From assembly GCF_037902255.1 (NCBI RefSeq), contig NZ_CP147990.1:2010001-2042000 (forward strand): 32,000 bases of DNA, read 5' to 3'. The position numbers and the translations under genes are program-made. The notes below the pieces were generated by a model. That model had not been told where the DNA came from. It did no database searches and saw nothing but the letters and a program-made list of their open reading frames with translations. Position 1 is the stretch's first letter. Every line of letters begins with the position of its first letter. This document shows, one piece after another, positions 1 through 10,555 of the stretch. The stretch is from Candidatus Electrothrix sp. GW3-4 (GTDB taxonomy: Bacteria > Desulfobacterota > Desulfobulbia > Desulfobulbales > Desulfobulbaceae).

Positions 1-822
1 CGCGACCAGGACACAGAAGCCCGCAGCCGACTCCGCAAGCTGATCCGCCCCTTTATTCTCCGCCGCCTGAAAAGTGATGTTCTCCAGGAACTGCCGCCCA
101 AGACCGAGATCAATCTTGAGGTGGAGATGAGCAAGGATGAGTTGGTGCTCTACGAGGCCCAGCGGATCAAGGCTCTGGAAACCATCAGCAACCATGCCGA
201 TGAGGAGGGAGCTGGTCAACAGCATCTCCGTATCCTGGCCGAGATCATGAAGCTCCGCCGTCTCTGCTGTAATCCTTCCCTGGTCCTGCCAGACTGCGGG
301 ATCAGCAGCTCCAAGCTCAAGGTCTTTGCTGACACCCTGGAAGAACTGCTCACCAATAAGCACAAGGCACTGATCTTTAGCCAGTTTGTTGATCATCTCC
401 AGATCATCAGAGAATTCCTTGAGACAAAGGGGATCAGCTATCAGTATCTTGATGGCTCCACCCCGGTGAAAAAGAGAAAGGAGAGGATTACCCGTTTTCA
501 GAACGGTGAAGGGGATGTCTTCCTGATCAGCCTCAAGGCTGGCGGGGCTGGCCTCAACCTGACAGCAGCAGATTATGTTATCCATATGGATCCCTGGTGG
601 AACCCGGCCGTGGAGGATCAGGCCTCAGACCGCGCCCATAGGATTGGACAGGAACGGCCCGTCACGGTCTATCGGCTGGTGGTCAAGGATTCCATTGAGG
701 AACAAATTGTGACCCTGCATAAGGAGAAACGGGATCTGGCAGACAGCCTGCTGGAGGGCACGGATTCCGCAGGCAAGATTTCTGCCAAGGAATTGTTGGG
801 TTTGTTGCAGGGGGAGAAGTAG
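1..822 (+). CDS. SNF2/RapA-family helicase, C-terminal part (5' end lies outside the window)
   Basis: Frame 1 is open from base 1 (RDQDTEARSRLRKLIRPFILRRLKSDVLQELPPKTE) and runs into the listed ORF 121..822. It carries the SNF2 linker motif LRPFILRRLK and helicase-C motifs (LIFSQF, FLISLKAGGAGLNLTAADYVIHMDPWWNPAVEDQASDRAHRIGQ). The stop is TAG at 820-822. Confidence 0.9.
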   Translation, partial: RDQDTEARSRLRKLIRPFILRRLKSDVLQELPPKTEINLEVEMSKDELVLYEAQRIKALETISNHADEEGAGQQHLRILAEIMKLRRLCCNPSLVLPDCGISSSKLKVFADTLEELLTNKHKALIFSQFVDHLQIIREFLETKGISYQYLDGSTPVKKRKERITRFQNGEGDVFLISLKAGGAGLNLTAADYVIHMDPWWNPAVEDQASDRAHRIGQERPVTVYRLVVKDSIEEQIVTLHKEKRDLADSLLEGTDSAGKISAKELLGLLQGEK

Positions 823-863
823 GCAGCGGTTATGCTTGCTCCTTATACAAGCCAGATATCCAT

Positions 864-888
864 GCCCGGTGTTGTGAAACCACCGGGC
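864..888 (+). terminator. Possible intrinsic terminator hairpin between convergent genes
   Basis: GCCCGGTG (864-871) pairs perfectly with CACCGGGC (881-888) across a 9-nt loop, 42 nt after the SNF2 stop. The T-tail (TATTCTC) is weak. A second, weaker hairpin is CAGGAG/CTCCTG at 915-932. Confidence 0.35.
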
Positions 889-958
889 TATTCTCGGCTG
901 TCCCTCCAAACAAGCAGGAGCTAATCCTCCTGTTGTATTGCATATCACGTTTCATACC

Positions 959-1624
959 TCAACGATTTGCAAACCAAATCGCATAATCTTTCACCGGCTG
1001 ATAGTTGAACGAGGATTTATCCAGCACTTTCAAGTCACAGAAAGGAAATACATACTCACTGCGCCCATGACGTAGCGACGCCAATATCCCTTGGGGATCT
1101 ACAATCTCATCCATACTCGTTACTTTTACCTTATCTCCTTCTCGTAACGGTCCTCTTTCCTGCCACTCAAGGACCTCTGCCTTAAAGGGAAATTCCAGCA
1201 CCTCCTGAAAATGTTTCTGCCAGGCCTTGTAGGCCGCCCATTCACTTTCGTCTTCAGCCTTGTCCAGGACAGCCTGTATCCTCCTGCCTTCTTCACATAA
1301 ACAAGCCCATTTATGCTTACTTGTAAGCACATCAATTGCTTCCTGGACATCATCTTCGCTATCTCTGGGCGTTGTTTGTTCAACGTCTTGCAGAAGAAGA
1401 AACATCTTGGTCCAGTCAAGCCCTTCTTCTTCACTCTGGACAATCGTTTCAGCAGGCATCTGCTGGAGTGTCAGGCTATCCCAATCTATTAAGATCAAGT
1501 TGTCTTCTTCATCAACTTCAGCGATCCGCCCTTGCCACCCGCCGATGACAATATCCCAATCAGGGTCTCGCACATCCGGTTTAACAACGACAGAATCAGC
1601 CAATTGGAGTTTGTTTCCTTCCAT
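959..1624 (-). CDS. Conserved hypothetical protein (acidic, no domain I can name)
   Basis: The longest ORF is 959..1738. I prefer the ATG at 1624 (MEGNKLQLADS) because GGTGAGG lies 6 nt upstream, whereas the first 38 codons of the long version look non-coding. Codon usage is backbone-like. I only vaguely recall the motif DWDIVIGGWQGRI from unannotated or so-called calcium-binding proteins, so I assign no function. Confidence 0.55.
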   Translation of the reverse strand: MEGNKLQLADSVVVKPDVRDPDWDIVIGGWQGRIAEVDEEDNLILIDWDSLTLQQMPAETIVQSEEEGLDWTKMFLLLQDVEQTTPRDSEDDVQEAIDVLTSKHKWACLCEEGRRIQAVLDKAEDESEWAAYKAWQKHFQEVLEFPFKAEVLEWQERGPLREGDKVKVTSMDEIVDPQGILASLRHGRSEYVFPFCDLKVLDKSSFNYQPVKDYAIWFANR

Positions 1625-1920
1625 AATGAACCTCACCAGATCAAAAGTTATTTCCCAAGATATTATCCTGTTTTCACTTGGCGTCAAGAAAGAGTATAGG
1701 ATTTTATCTGATAAAACAGCACAGACAATCTCGATCATACGTATGAGGTTATCTTCTCAGCACATGCGAGCTGAACTGGAAAGCACGGTGACTTTTCCTG
1801 CATAGCGAAAGGGAGCATAAACGGCCTATGCCAAGCTCTGGCAGAGACCGCTAACATGCTCTTTTTGGGACAACTTAGGTGGGAAGGGGTTGGTGACGTA
1901 AGTCTGGAATCAGAGAAATG

Positions 1921-2682
1921 CTATTTGCTGCTCTTGCGATACCCATGACTAAAGCCCGCATCATAGAGTTTGGAAGCAGCTGTGGGATCATCGGATAAGG
2001 CCTGCCCCACCACGATCATAGCGGTCTTACGGATATCAGATGCCCTGACTATAGCAGCAATATCCGCCAAGGTGCCGCGAATAATATGCTGATTCGGCCA
2101 GGAGGCCTTTTCCACCACTGCAATAGGGGTATCCCCGGAATACCCCCCCGCGATAAGTTCCTCAACCACCTTATCTATCATGGACACTGAGAGAAAGATA
2201 CACATGGAGGCCTGGATCGCGGCCAGATTACGCAAAGATTCCTGCTCAGGAACCGGGGTCCGACCTGCCTGCCGGGTAAAAATCACGGTCTGACTGACCT
2301 CAGGCACGGTGAGTTCCGCCTGCAAGGCCGCAGCCGCTGCCAAGGCTGAACTGACCCCAGGTACCACCTGATAAGGGATACCTTTTTTCGACAGGCCCTG
2401 CATCTGCTCCCGGGTGGCCCCGTAAATGGCCGGGTCACCGGTATGGAGGCGCACGGCCTTTTTGCCCGCCTGCCAGGCGTCACACAGTACGGTAAGGACT
2501 TCATCCAGGGTCATGGAGGCAGAATCATGGATCTCTGCCTGCACGCCATCAAGCAGAACCGGATTCACCAGGCTGCCTGCATAGACAATGACATCGGCCT
2601 CATCCAGCAGACGCCGTCCCTTAACAGTGATGAGCTCGGGGTCGCCGGGCCCGGCCCCGAGAAAGACAACAGGAGTACTCAT
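1921..2682 (-). CDS. cbiF: Precorrin-4 / cobalt-precorrin-4 C11-methyltransferase
   Basis: The N-terminus VVFLGAGPGDPELITVKGRRLLDEADVIVYAGSLVNPVLL is the classic CbiF/CobM tetrapyrrole methylase signature. The length (253 aa) fits. The start overlaps the upstream cbiL stop by 4 nt (ATGA). Confidence 0.9.
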   Translation of the reverse strand: MSTPVVFLGAGPGDPELITVKGRRLLDEADVIVYAGSLVNPVLLDGVQAEIHDSASMTLDEVLTVLCDAWQAGKKAVRLHTGDPAIYGATREQMQGLSKKGIPYQVVPGVSSALAAAAALQAELTVPEVSQTVIFTRQAGRTPVPEQESLRNLAAIQASMCIFLSVSMIDKVVEELIAGGYSGDTPIAVVEKASWPNQHIIRGTLADIAAIVRASDIRKTAMIVVGQALSDDPTAASKLYDAGFSHGYRKSSK

Positions 2683-3443
2683 GATGCAACCTTGTTTATT
2701 TGTTTTTTGCGGACCAGCAGGGTGGAGAAATAATGGAGCTCCTTGTCTGCTGCCTCGCGGATATCAGTATAGATGTGCTGGTCGTCCATACCGCAACGCT
2801 CCAGCAGCACGGCTTTATCAGTCAGGCCCAGCTCATCAAGCAAGGCAATCACTGCGGGTAAACGGCGAAAGACCTTCATCAGCACCACCGCATCAGAGGT
2901 CTGCAGGATATCACGCAGGCGTGCATCGTCAAAGGCCGCAGGTACCACAGAAAGCACGTCATCGCCCAATCCCAGGGGGGCATTGACCTGAGCAGAGCAG
3001 GCGGACATCGCGGTGATGCCTGGTATAATCGTTACCGGCAAGTCATGACAGACCTCCTGCAGGGTATTGAGCAGATAAAAGGAGGTGGAATAAAGGCCCG
3101 GATCTCCCAGGGTGGGAAAAGCAACGTCCTCGCCCTGCTCAAGACGCTCCAGCACGATCCGGGCAGCCTTCTGCCAGCCCTGCTGCACCTCAGGATCATG
3201 TTCCTGCTCCAGGCGGATCTTCTTCATAGGAAAACGAACCTCCAGAACCTCCTTGTCAGCAGCCCCGACCATTGCCGAGGCGATCTGCAAGGCAGCACTG
3301 GCCCCGTCCGTCTTTGCCTTGGGTGCCACCCAGACCCTGGTCTGATCAAGGGTTCGCACCGCCTTATAGGTCATGAGCTCTGGATCACCAGGTCCAACAC
3401 CGACAAGATAAAGACGGCCTGTCTGTCCTGTTGTCATACTCAT
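2679..3443 (-). CDS. cbiL: Precorrin-2 / cobalt-factor II C20-methyltransferase
   Basis: It has a tetrapyrrole methylase fold signature, GRLYLVGVGPGDPELMTYKAVRTLDQ. Length (254 aa) and the pairing with cbiF fit CbiL/CobI. It is translationally coupled to cbiF. Confidence 0.85.
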   Translation of the reverse strand: MSMTTGQTGRLYLVGVGPGDPELMTYKAVRTLDQTRVWVAPKAKTDGASAALQIASAMVGAADKEVLEVRFPMKKIRLEQEHDPEVQQGWQKAARIVLERLEQGEDVAFPTLGDPGLYSTSFYLLNTLQEVCHDLPVTIIPGITAMSACSAQVNAPLGLGDDVLSVVPAAFDDARLRDILQTSDAVVLMKVFRRLPAVIALLDELGLTDKAVLLERCGMDDQHIYTDIREAADKELHYFSTLLVRKKQINKVAS

Positions 3444-3508
3444 ACTGCCTCACGAGTGCAGGATTTTTTCACAACGTGCTTCTCTCGCATCTCCCTCTTC
3501 TTCCCCTC

Positions 3509-5140
3509 TTATCTTTCTTGCTTGTCTTTGGTTTGCATGGATGGGACCTCTTCCAGTCCTTCCTGCTCCGTATCATGGTTGTTATTATGTTTGTTATTGT
3601 CCAGGACCTGACGGATTTTAACGACCAGCTGTTTTTTAGAAAACGGCTTTTGCAGACACTGATTACTCGATTCTATTAAGACACCGGAATGAGCCATCAC
3701 GTCTGCTGAGTAACCAGACATATACAGGTATTTTATATTCGGACAGATGGACATAAGGACCTTCACCAACTTCTGCCCATTCATTTCAGGCATAATCACA
3801 TCGGTCAGAACAAGATCAATCTTTCCAGCATGGGCCCTGGCTACCCGAAGAGCCTTTCCCGGAAGTATAGTCGGCAGCACTGTGTAGCCCTGTTCCCTGA
3901 GCATTGCAGCCGTCATTTGCAGGATATTGGGTTCATCTTCCACCAGCAGAATGGTCTCATTACCTTTGAGGCCAGTGTTCATGGGTGGCTTGTCAACAGA
4001 CAGTTCCACTGTTTCAGCAATGTACCTGGGCAAATAGATATTAAAGGTCGTGCCCTGACCCGGCTTACTGTCAACAGCAATAAAGCCATTATTTTGCTTC
4101 ACGATGCCATAGACCGTTGCCAGACCGAGACCGGTGCCTTTGCCATGTTCTTTGGTGGTGAAAAAAGGTTCAAAGATGTTGGCCAATATTTCTTTGACCA
4201 TGCCATGTCCGTTATCGCTGACTGAGAGTTGGACAAAATCACCTTCCAGAGCATCAGGATGGACAGCGCAGTACTGCTGGTCAAAGCTCATCATGCCTGT
4301 CTCAACCGTGATCCTGCCGCCCCCAACTATGGCATCCCTTGAATTAACGCAGAGGTTGGCCAGAATCTGATCAATCTGTGTCGGATCCATTTCCACGGGC
4401 CAGAGGTCTTGAGCAGGTTGCCAGACCAAGTCAATGTCTTCACCGATGATCCGACGTAACATACTGATACTTCTCTGCGCATTATGATTCAGATCCAAAA
4501 CCCGAGGTTCAATGATCTGCTTTCTGGCAAAGGTCAACAGCTGTTTAACCAATTCAGCTGAGAGATCAACCGTTTTCAGCACTTCCTGAAGATTACGATA
4601 TACAGAGCCATCCGGGTCCACCTTATCCATAGCGCACTGGGTATAGCCCATGATGACATGTAGCATATTGTTAAAATCATGCGCTACCCCTCCGGCCAAG
4701 CGACCGATGGCCTCCACCTTTTTGATTTCGTGCAGCTTATCTTCCAATTGCTGACGCTCTTTTTCGGCCCGGGCTTTGTACAGGGTCATCTCCAGCATGG
4801 CAAAGAGTTCGCGTTCATGAAAGGGTTTGATAAGATAGCCGAACGAACCGGTCTCTTTGGCCCTATGGAGAAGATTATCATCGCTGTAGGCGGACAGAAA
4901 AATGACCGGGATGGCAAGGCAGCTGTGGATCTGGGCTGCGGCCTCAATGCCATCCATTTCACCGCGCAGCTTGATATCCATCAGCACGGCGTCTGGCTGC
5001 TCAATGCTCGCCTGAGCAATTGCATCTTCGCCTGAAGATGCAATGGAGGTAACCTGATATCCACTCTGTTCCAGACATTCTCGACAGTCCTCAGCCACCG
5101 TGGTGTTGTCTTCAACGATCATGATCTTAGCGGCATCCAT
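3509..5140 (-). CDS. Hybrid sensor histidine kinase with N- and C-terminal receiver domains (REC-HisKA-HATPase-REC)
   Basis: The N-terminal REC is KIMIVEDN...AVLMDIKL. The H-box is [11 protein letters not shown]. The HATPase N/G boxes are DNGHGM and [11 protein letters not shown]. The C-terminal REC is [10 protein letters not shown]...[13 protein letters not shown]. Confidence 0.9.
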   Translation of the reverse strand: MDAAKIMIVEDNTTVAEDCRECLEQSGYQVTSIASSGEDAIAQASIEQPDAVLMDIKLRGEMDGIEAAAQIHSCLAIPVIFLSAYSDDNLLHRAKETGSFGYLIKPFHERELFAMLEMTLYKARAEKERQQLEDKLHEIKKVEAIGRLAGGVAHDFNNMLHVIMGYTQCAMDKVDPDGSVYRNLQEVLKTVDLSAELVKQLLTFARKQIIEPRVLDLNHNAQRSISMLRRIIGEDIDLVWQPAQDLWPVEMDPTQIDQILANLCVNSRDAIVGGGRITVETGMMSFDQQYCAVHPDALEGDFVQLSVSDNGHGMVKEILANIFEPFFTTKEHGKGTGLGLATVYGIVKQNNGFIAVDSKPGQGTTFNIYLPRYIAETVELSVDKPPMNTGLKGNETILLVEDEPNILQMTAAMLREQGYTVLPTILPGKALRVARAHAGKIDLVLTDVIMPEMNGQKLVKVLMSICPNIKYLYMSGYSADVMAHSGVLIESSNQCLQKPFSKKQLVVKIRQVLDNNKHNNNHDTEQEGLEEVPSMQTKDKQER

Positions 5141-5339
5141 CTGTTTTTTTCCTTGTTATTTATTATGCATGAGAATAGGTAGGTGAAGCAGTTGATCAGG
5201 CTTCCCACCTTTCATGTTTTTGTTATCCCAGCCTGCTGGGTCAGGATGGGAATTTTATATGAAAGTACCGACGACTCCTTGGAGTCGTCCGATCAACCTT
5301 CATGCTTTGTTGTCCCTCTCCAGAGGGGAGGGATAGGAG

Positions 5340-8300
5340 TTATATGGTATTTGTTTTTGCACAGGTGAAACGAATGACAAACTCTGTCCCAGCTTCATGT
5401 TCCACCTTAATGCTTCCGCCCAGCTCATGGGTAACAATACCTACCACCAGCCGAAGGCCAAGAGAAGAAACATTCTGGAGATCAATCTCCGGGGGTAATC
5501 CGCTTCCGTTGTCGGTAACAGTCAGCTCAATAATATCGGCCTTATCTTCAGGCACGGTCAGACAGATCGATATATTACCACCCTGATCAGCAGAAAAAGC
5601 ATGTTTGAAGGCGTTGGTAATCAACTCGGCAATGACCATGCCCACCGCAATTCCCTGATCCATATTCATGCTTACCTCACACCGCTCCACCTTGAGGACA
5701 ATCCCCCTGCTCCAGGCATCATATGCCTGACTGAGATTTCGGCAAAGTTTGCCGAGATAGGTCTCAAAATCGATACGGGCCAGATCATCAGACTGATACA
5801 GGGCCTCATGGACCAGGGACATGGCTTCAATACGGGTTCGGCAATCATTGAAAATTTTTGTCAAATTCTCATCATCGGTCCGTCTGGTATACATCCGCAA
5901 CATCCCGACAATGACCTGCATATTATTTTTGACCCGATGATGAACCTCGCGCAGCAGGACTTCCTTTTCATTGAGGGCATGGCGAAGGGCCTGCTCTGCA
6001 TTTTTACGTTCCGTAATGTCAACACCGAGTCCACCGACATAGCGCTTGCCTGCCGACGCCCTGAATAAAAATTTATGATTGAGCCACCACACCTCCTTAC
6101 CGTCCTGGTCAACAGTACATTCAACAACTTCAACGGGCTTACCTGCTGTGAGGACCGTCTGGTCATTTTGTTGAGAAACTGTTGCAATCTCAGGTGGCCA
6201 CAGCTCAGAATCCGTCTTATCGAGCCAGTCCTTCTGCTGGACGCTGAAGCGTTTCTCGTAGTTATGACTGATAAAGACATACCGTCCTTCTTCATCTTTG
6301 AGCCAAGCGATGACTGTGCTGTTCTCCAAAAAAGACCGCAGCCGTTCTTCACTGTCTTTTAAGGCATCTTCGACCAGTTTTCGTTCAGTAATATCCTGTA
6401 CCGTTCCGGAAACATGCACAACCTCTCCTTGTTCGTCCCGAATGATCTCTGCAAGTTCCTGGACATATCGCACATCCCCCTGGGGCTGAACAATGCGGTA
6501 CTCAATATTACTGTCCCGCCCCTTGCTCAGCGCCTTTTTCCGCGCCCGCCGGAACTCTTTCCGGTCATCGGAATGGATAGCCTGTTCAAAGACTTGGGGC
6601 GTGACCCTGCAATGCTCTGCATCCTGGCCAAAAATCTTGTGCGCTTCCTCAGACCAGACAAGCCGATTGCTGTCCATATACCAATCCCAGTAGCCCATAT
6701 GGGCCATCTCCTGGGCCTGACGCAACCGTCTCTCGTTCTGCTGCAACAGCAGCACAGCCTCTTTTTGGGCGGTGATATCCTGACCAGTAGAAATCAAACG
6801 GGGAGCCCCCCCGATCTCGACAATAATGCTGCTGTACAGGCAGTGACGTAACTTTTTTTCTTTATTGCGGATAACAACCTCCTGGTTCTGAAGGCATCCA
6901 TCATTTTTGATTATGTCAACCAACCGTTCCCGCTCCTCAGGCACAATCATCCCTATCTCCATCGTTGTCCTGCCGATCAAATCTTCGCGGGAGTATCCGG
7001 CAACATCTATATATGTCTGGTTCACATCCAAAATTTTTCCGGTTTCGATCTCACTGAGAGCCATCATGACCGGTGCGGTATGAAAAACCCTGGAAAATTT
7101 TTCCTCGCTCTGTTTCAGTTCTGCCTCGTTTCGCTTTCGCTCGCTAATATCATCCACCAGGGCAACACAGTAATACAGGGAGTCGTCAGGAGTATAGACC
7201 GCATTTACATAGAGTATTGCGTACAGGATACTGCCGTCTTTGCGGAGGTAACGTTTCTCCACAGTATATCCTCTGATTTCACCGGCCAGCACCCGGTTGA
7301 ACTGTTCCAGATCAGCATCAAGATCGTCTGGACAGGTCAGATCAGACCAGGTTAATTCCGTCAATTCTTCGCGAGAATAACCGAGGAGACGACAAAAAGC
7401 ATCATTGAAATCAAGAAAGCCCTTTTCCGGGGAAGTCATGGCAATGCCGAAAAGTCCTGTATCCATAATTGCCCGAAACCGTTGTTCGTTCTCTCTTAGC
7501 GCTGCTTGGGCCTGCCTGAATCTGCTCACATCCAGGGTGACTCCGATGACCCGGGTGGCCCGGCCGTTACTGTCCCGTTCTGCAGCCTGGCCCAGCCCCT
7601 GGACGTAAATCCATTCCCCGGATTTCGTCCGCATCCGGACCTCAACTTCGTACTGTCCGCTCTCGCCCTCAATAAAATCCGTGTAGGCCTTATTCATGGT
7701 AAAGACATCATCTGGATGAACCCGTTCCATGAGCCAATTCGTGAAGAGATTATACGGGGGCAGTTCTTCCCTGGTGTAGCCAAGTATTCTGGCCCACTGT
7801 TTGCTATGGTAGAGTTCCTGGCCAATGGGCACCTTATGCTCATATATGCCAGCGCCACTGATGGCCAGGGCAGCTGACAGCCGGGATTGGGTCATCTTGA
7901 GGTCGATTTCATTCTGCTTCAGATCAGTGACATCGGCAAAGGTCAGCACCAAGCCGTCTACCCTATTATCCTGGGTCCTGAAGGGCAGGATACGGCGAAT
8001 AAACCACCGTCCTTCATCGGTTTTCACCTCCTTGGCCGAGGGCACCAAAGTATCCATGACCTGGGAGGCATGGCCCTGGAGCTCATCGTCACTAAAGCGC
8101 ATGGCGAGATCGCCGATGGGCCGCCCCACATCAGCAGGGATCAGGTTGAACAGGTGTTTTGCAGCGGGCGTGAAGCGTCTGATCGCCATATTAACATCGA
8201 GAAATACCGTGGCCACATCCGTACTGTTGATCAGATTGGCCATATCGTTATTGGCGTGTTCCAGTTCTCTGACCTTGTCCTGCAGTTCGGCATTGACCGT

Positions 8301-10448
8301 GGTCAGCTCTTCGTTCATGGACTGCAACTCTTCCTTGGAGGTCTCCAATTCCTCATTGGAAGACTGCAGTTCCTCGTTCATGGACATCATCTCTTCGTTG
8401 GAGGCCTTCAGCTCCTCGTTGGAGGTCTCCAACTCCTCAATGGTATTTTGGAGATCCTCCCGGGTGTCAAGCAACTCCGCCTCCAGCTGTCGCACCAGGG
8501 TTTCCTCGCCGAGATCAAGCTCTGCCGGAGTGCTGAAATCCTGTTCCGGTACGGGCCGATCTTCAAAGGTGAGGAGAAAAAGGGTCTCTGGCATCTCCCT
8601 TTCCCGAATCGGCGTAACGGTGAAGCTGACCGGATAATAGCGGTGGTCGCGTTTGATGCGTGCGTCCGAGACCGTGACTGTTTCTTTCTTTTTCATGGCC
8701 TTGTGGAGAGCGGCCCGGAGTTTCAGACGCAGCCCTTCTTTGACCATAGAGGTAAGATCCAGGACCGGATCGCCCTGGGGCAGGTCCAGGTATTGGGTCG
8801 TGGGCCCGTGCAGGTTCACTATACCAAAATTTTTATCCACCAGAACAGCAGCAGGCGCAAAGCGCTTTAACAACAGCGCCTGCATCAGTTTCGACATGTT
8901 CTGCCGGAACACATCAAGACGTATCTCCGGGACGATGCCTGGCGATCTGCCGGAAAAATTCAGGATAGGAATCTGCATCCGTTCATCCCGCTGGCCGATG
9001 CGACGATAGATACGCGATTCCTTGGACACGGTTTCGAAATGATTATGCTGATATCCGATGGTTTCGGAACTGCCCAGGACCAGATAGCCGTTTTCCCGCA
9101 GAGAAAAATGAAAGAGCTCAATAATTTTTTTCTGCACATCAGGATTGAGATAGATAAGCAGGTTGCGGCAGCTGATCAGATTCAGATTGGAAAAGGGCGC
9201 GTCACCGACCAGATTCTGGGCGGCAAAAACCACTGATTCGCGGACCCGACGCAGGATATGATATTCCTGCTCTTCATGAATGAAATATTTTTTCAGGTAC
9301 TCTGGTGGCACATTGGCACTGATCAGCTCAGGATAGACCCCTGAACGGGCCCTGCTGATGGCATCCGTATCAATATCTGTGGCAAAAATCTGGGCATTAA
9401 AATGTCTCCCTGCCTTATCAAAGGCCTCATGGACCAGGATGGCGATGGTGTAGGCCTCTTCCCCGGTGGAGCAACCAGGAATCCAGATCCGGAGCGGTGT
9501 ATCCGGTTCCATCTTTTCCAGCAGGTTTGGCAGCACTCTCTGGCTGACCTTTTCCCAGACCTGTTCCTCCCGAAAAAAACCTGTGACCCCGATCAGCAGA
9601 TCCTTGAGCAGGGCATCTGCCTCAGCAGGCTCTTTTTTCAGGATAGCAACATAATCCATCATACGCTGAACCTGCCGCATCCCCATCCGGCGTTCGGTCC
9701 GGCGGATCAGGGTATTACGCTTATAGCAGCGAAAATCGTGCCTGGAATGGGCCCGGATAACGGCCAGCACCTGATTCAGTTCATCCTGGTCTTCAATACT
9801 TATTTCCCCATGGACATAGGGATGGGCGATAAATTTGAGAATGGCCTCGGGCATGTCTTCGATGTCCAGAATAAAATCAACCATGCCCGTGTCAATGGCA
9901 CTCTTGGGCATGCCATCGTGCTGGGCTGTTTCCGGGGCCTGGGCAAGAACCAGCCCACCGTGTTCCTTGATTTCCTGGATACCCATGGTGCCGTCACGCA
10001 TGGTGCCGGACAGGATAATGCCGATGGCCTGTTCCTGCTTAGCAACAGCAAGGGAGCGAAAAAAGAAATCCACGGGCAGGTTGATTCCGCGCTGCCTGGA
10101 TATTTCACAGGTGACGAGATCGCCTTGCTCGAAAGCCAGGTTTCGGTTGGGCGGCACGATATAAATATGGTTTGCCTCCACTGTCACACGTTCATTCACC
10201 TGGATTACCGGCATCACCGTGTGACGGCTGATAATTTCCATCATCAGACTTTTATGGCCAGGATCGAGGTGGGGGATCATGACAAAGGCCAGGCCGCTGT
10301 TAGAGGGCATCTTTTCAAAAAATGACTTAAAGGCCTCCAGCCCGCCAGCTGAAGCGCCAATCCCGACAACAGGGAGTTTAGGGGTGATAATCTTCGTGTT
10401 GGATCCGGCCTCTTGGGGAACATGGGGACTATCTTTGGGAGTGGTCAT
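5340..10448 (-). CDS. CheB methylesterase-CheR methyltransferase-coiled coil-multi-PAS-HisKA_2/HWE-type histidine kinase fusion (1702 aa)
   Basis: The CheB-like segment is VVGIGASAGGLEAF...MPKSAIDTGMVD. The CheR-like SAM methyltransferase segment is RIWIPGCSTGEEAYTIAIL...ATDID. A heptad coiled coil follows (ELETSNEELKASNEEMMSMNEELQSSNEELETSKEELQSMNEEL). Several PAS/PAC units come next. The kinase core is EVHHRVKNNMQVI with a GHKL ATPase (ELITNAFKHAF, DNGSGLP). Confidence 0.9.
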   Translation of the reverse strand: MTTPKDSPHVPQEAGSNTKIITPKLPVVGIGASAGGLEAFKSFFEKMPSNSGLAFVMIPHLDPGHKSLMMEIISRHTVMPVIQVNERVTVEANHIYIVPPNRNLAFEQGDLVTCEISRQRGINLPVDFFFRSLAVAKQEQAIGIILSGTMRDGTMGIQEIKEHGGLVLAQAPETAQHDGMPKSAIDTGMVDFILDIEDMPEAILKFIAHPYVHGEISIEDQDELNQVLAVIRAHSRHDFRCYKRNTLIRRTERRMGMRQVQRMMDYVAILKKEPAEADALLKDLLIGVTGFFREEQVWEKVSQRVLPNLLEKMEPDTPLRIWIPGCSTGEEAYTIAILVHEAFDKAGRHFNAQIFATDIDTDAISRARSGVYPELISANVPPEYLKKYFIHEEQEYHILRRVRESVVFAAQNLVGDAPFSNLNLISCRNLLIYLNPDVQKKIIELFHFSLRENGYLVLGSSETIGYQHNHFETVSKESRIYRRIGQRDERMQIPILNFSGRSPGIVPEIRLDVFRQNMSKLMQALLLKRFAPAAVLVDKNFGIVNLHGPTTQYLDLPQGDPVLDLTSMVKEGLRLKLRAALHKAMKKKETVTVSDARIKRDHRYYPVSFTVTPIREREMPETLFLLTFEDRPVPEQDFSTPAELDLGEETLVRQLEAELLDTREDLQNTIEELETSNEELKASNEEMMSMNEELQSSNEELETSKEELQSMNEELTTVNAELQDKVRELEHANNDMANLINSTDVATVFLDVNMAIRRFTPAAKHLFNLIPADVGRPIGDLAMRFSDDELQGHASQVMDTLVPSAKEVKTDEGRWFIRRILPFRTQDNRVDGLVLTFADVTDLKQNEIDLKMTQSRLSAALAISGAGIYEHKVPIGQELYHSKQWARILGYTREELPPYNLFTNWLMERVHPDDVFTMNKAYTDFIEGESGQYEVEVRMRTKSGEWIYVQGLGQAAERDSNGRATRVIGVTLDVSRFRQAQAALRENEQRFRAIMDTGLFGIAMTSPEKGFLDFNDAFCRLLGYSREELTELTWSDLTCPDDLDADLEQFNRVLAGEIRGYTVEKRYLRKDGSILYAILYVNAVYTPDDSLYYCVALVDDISERKRNEAELKQSEEKFSRVFHTAPVMMALSEIETGKILDVNQTYIDVAGYSREDLIGRTTMEIGMIVPEERERLVDIIKNDGCLQNQEVVIRNKEKKLRHCLYSSIIVEIGGAPRLISTGQDITAQKEAVLLLQQNERRLRQAQEMAHMGYWDWYMDSNRLVWSEEAHKIFGQDAEHCRVTPQVFEQAIHSDDRKEFRRARKKALSKGRDSNIEYRIVQPQGDVRYVQELAEIIRDEQGEVVHVSGTVQDITERKLVEDALKDSEERLRSFLENSTVIAWLKDEEGRYVFISHNYEKRFSVQQKDWLDKTDSELWPPEIATVSQQNDQTVLTAGKPVEVVECTVDQDGKEVWWLNHKFLFRASAGKRYVGGLGVDITERKNAEQALRHALNEKEVLLREVHHRVKNNMQVIVGMLRMYTRRTDDENLTKIFNDCRTRIEAMSLVHEALYQSDDLARIDFETYLGKLCRNLSQAYDAWSRGIVLKVERCEVSMNMDQGIAVGMVIAELITNAFKHAFSADQGGNISICLTVPEDKADIIELTVTDNGSGLPPEIDLQNVSSLGLRLVVGIVTHELGGSIKVEHEAGTEFVIRFTCAKTNTI

Positions 10449-10555
10449 GGCGTATATCTTCTTCGTGTTCTCAGGTAAACCTCGTTACGCCTCAGCCGTA
10501 GCTACTGCTGGTGAGACTGCAGCTACAGCGACGAAGCGACGAACATTCTGTTCTC

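Noticed and set aside
8280-8470. 21-nt periodic nucleotide repeat inside the CheB/CheR-PAS kinase gene
   Set aside because: The encoded heptad coiled coil (ELETSNEEL / ELQSSNEEL / ELQSMNEEL) fully explains it. It is not an independent DNA element.
5601-10325. Long antisense ORFs inside the large signalling gene (for example 7825..8637, 7887..8870, 9402..10325 on plus), and likewise 17493..18491 opposite the rSAM gene
   Set aside because: All lie opposite genes with strong domain evidence. They have skewed, low-complexity composition (Ser/Leu/Gly/Arg-rich) and no RBS. They are typical shadow ORFs of GC-rich coding DNA.
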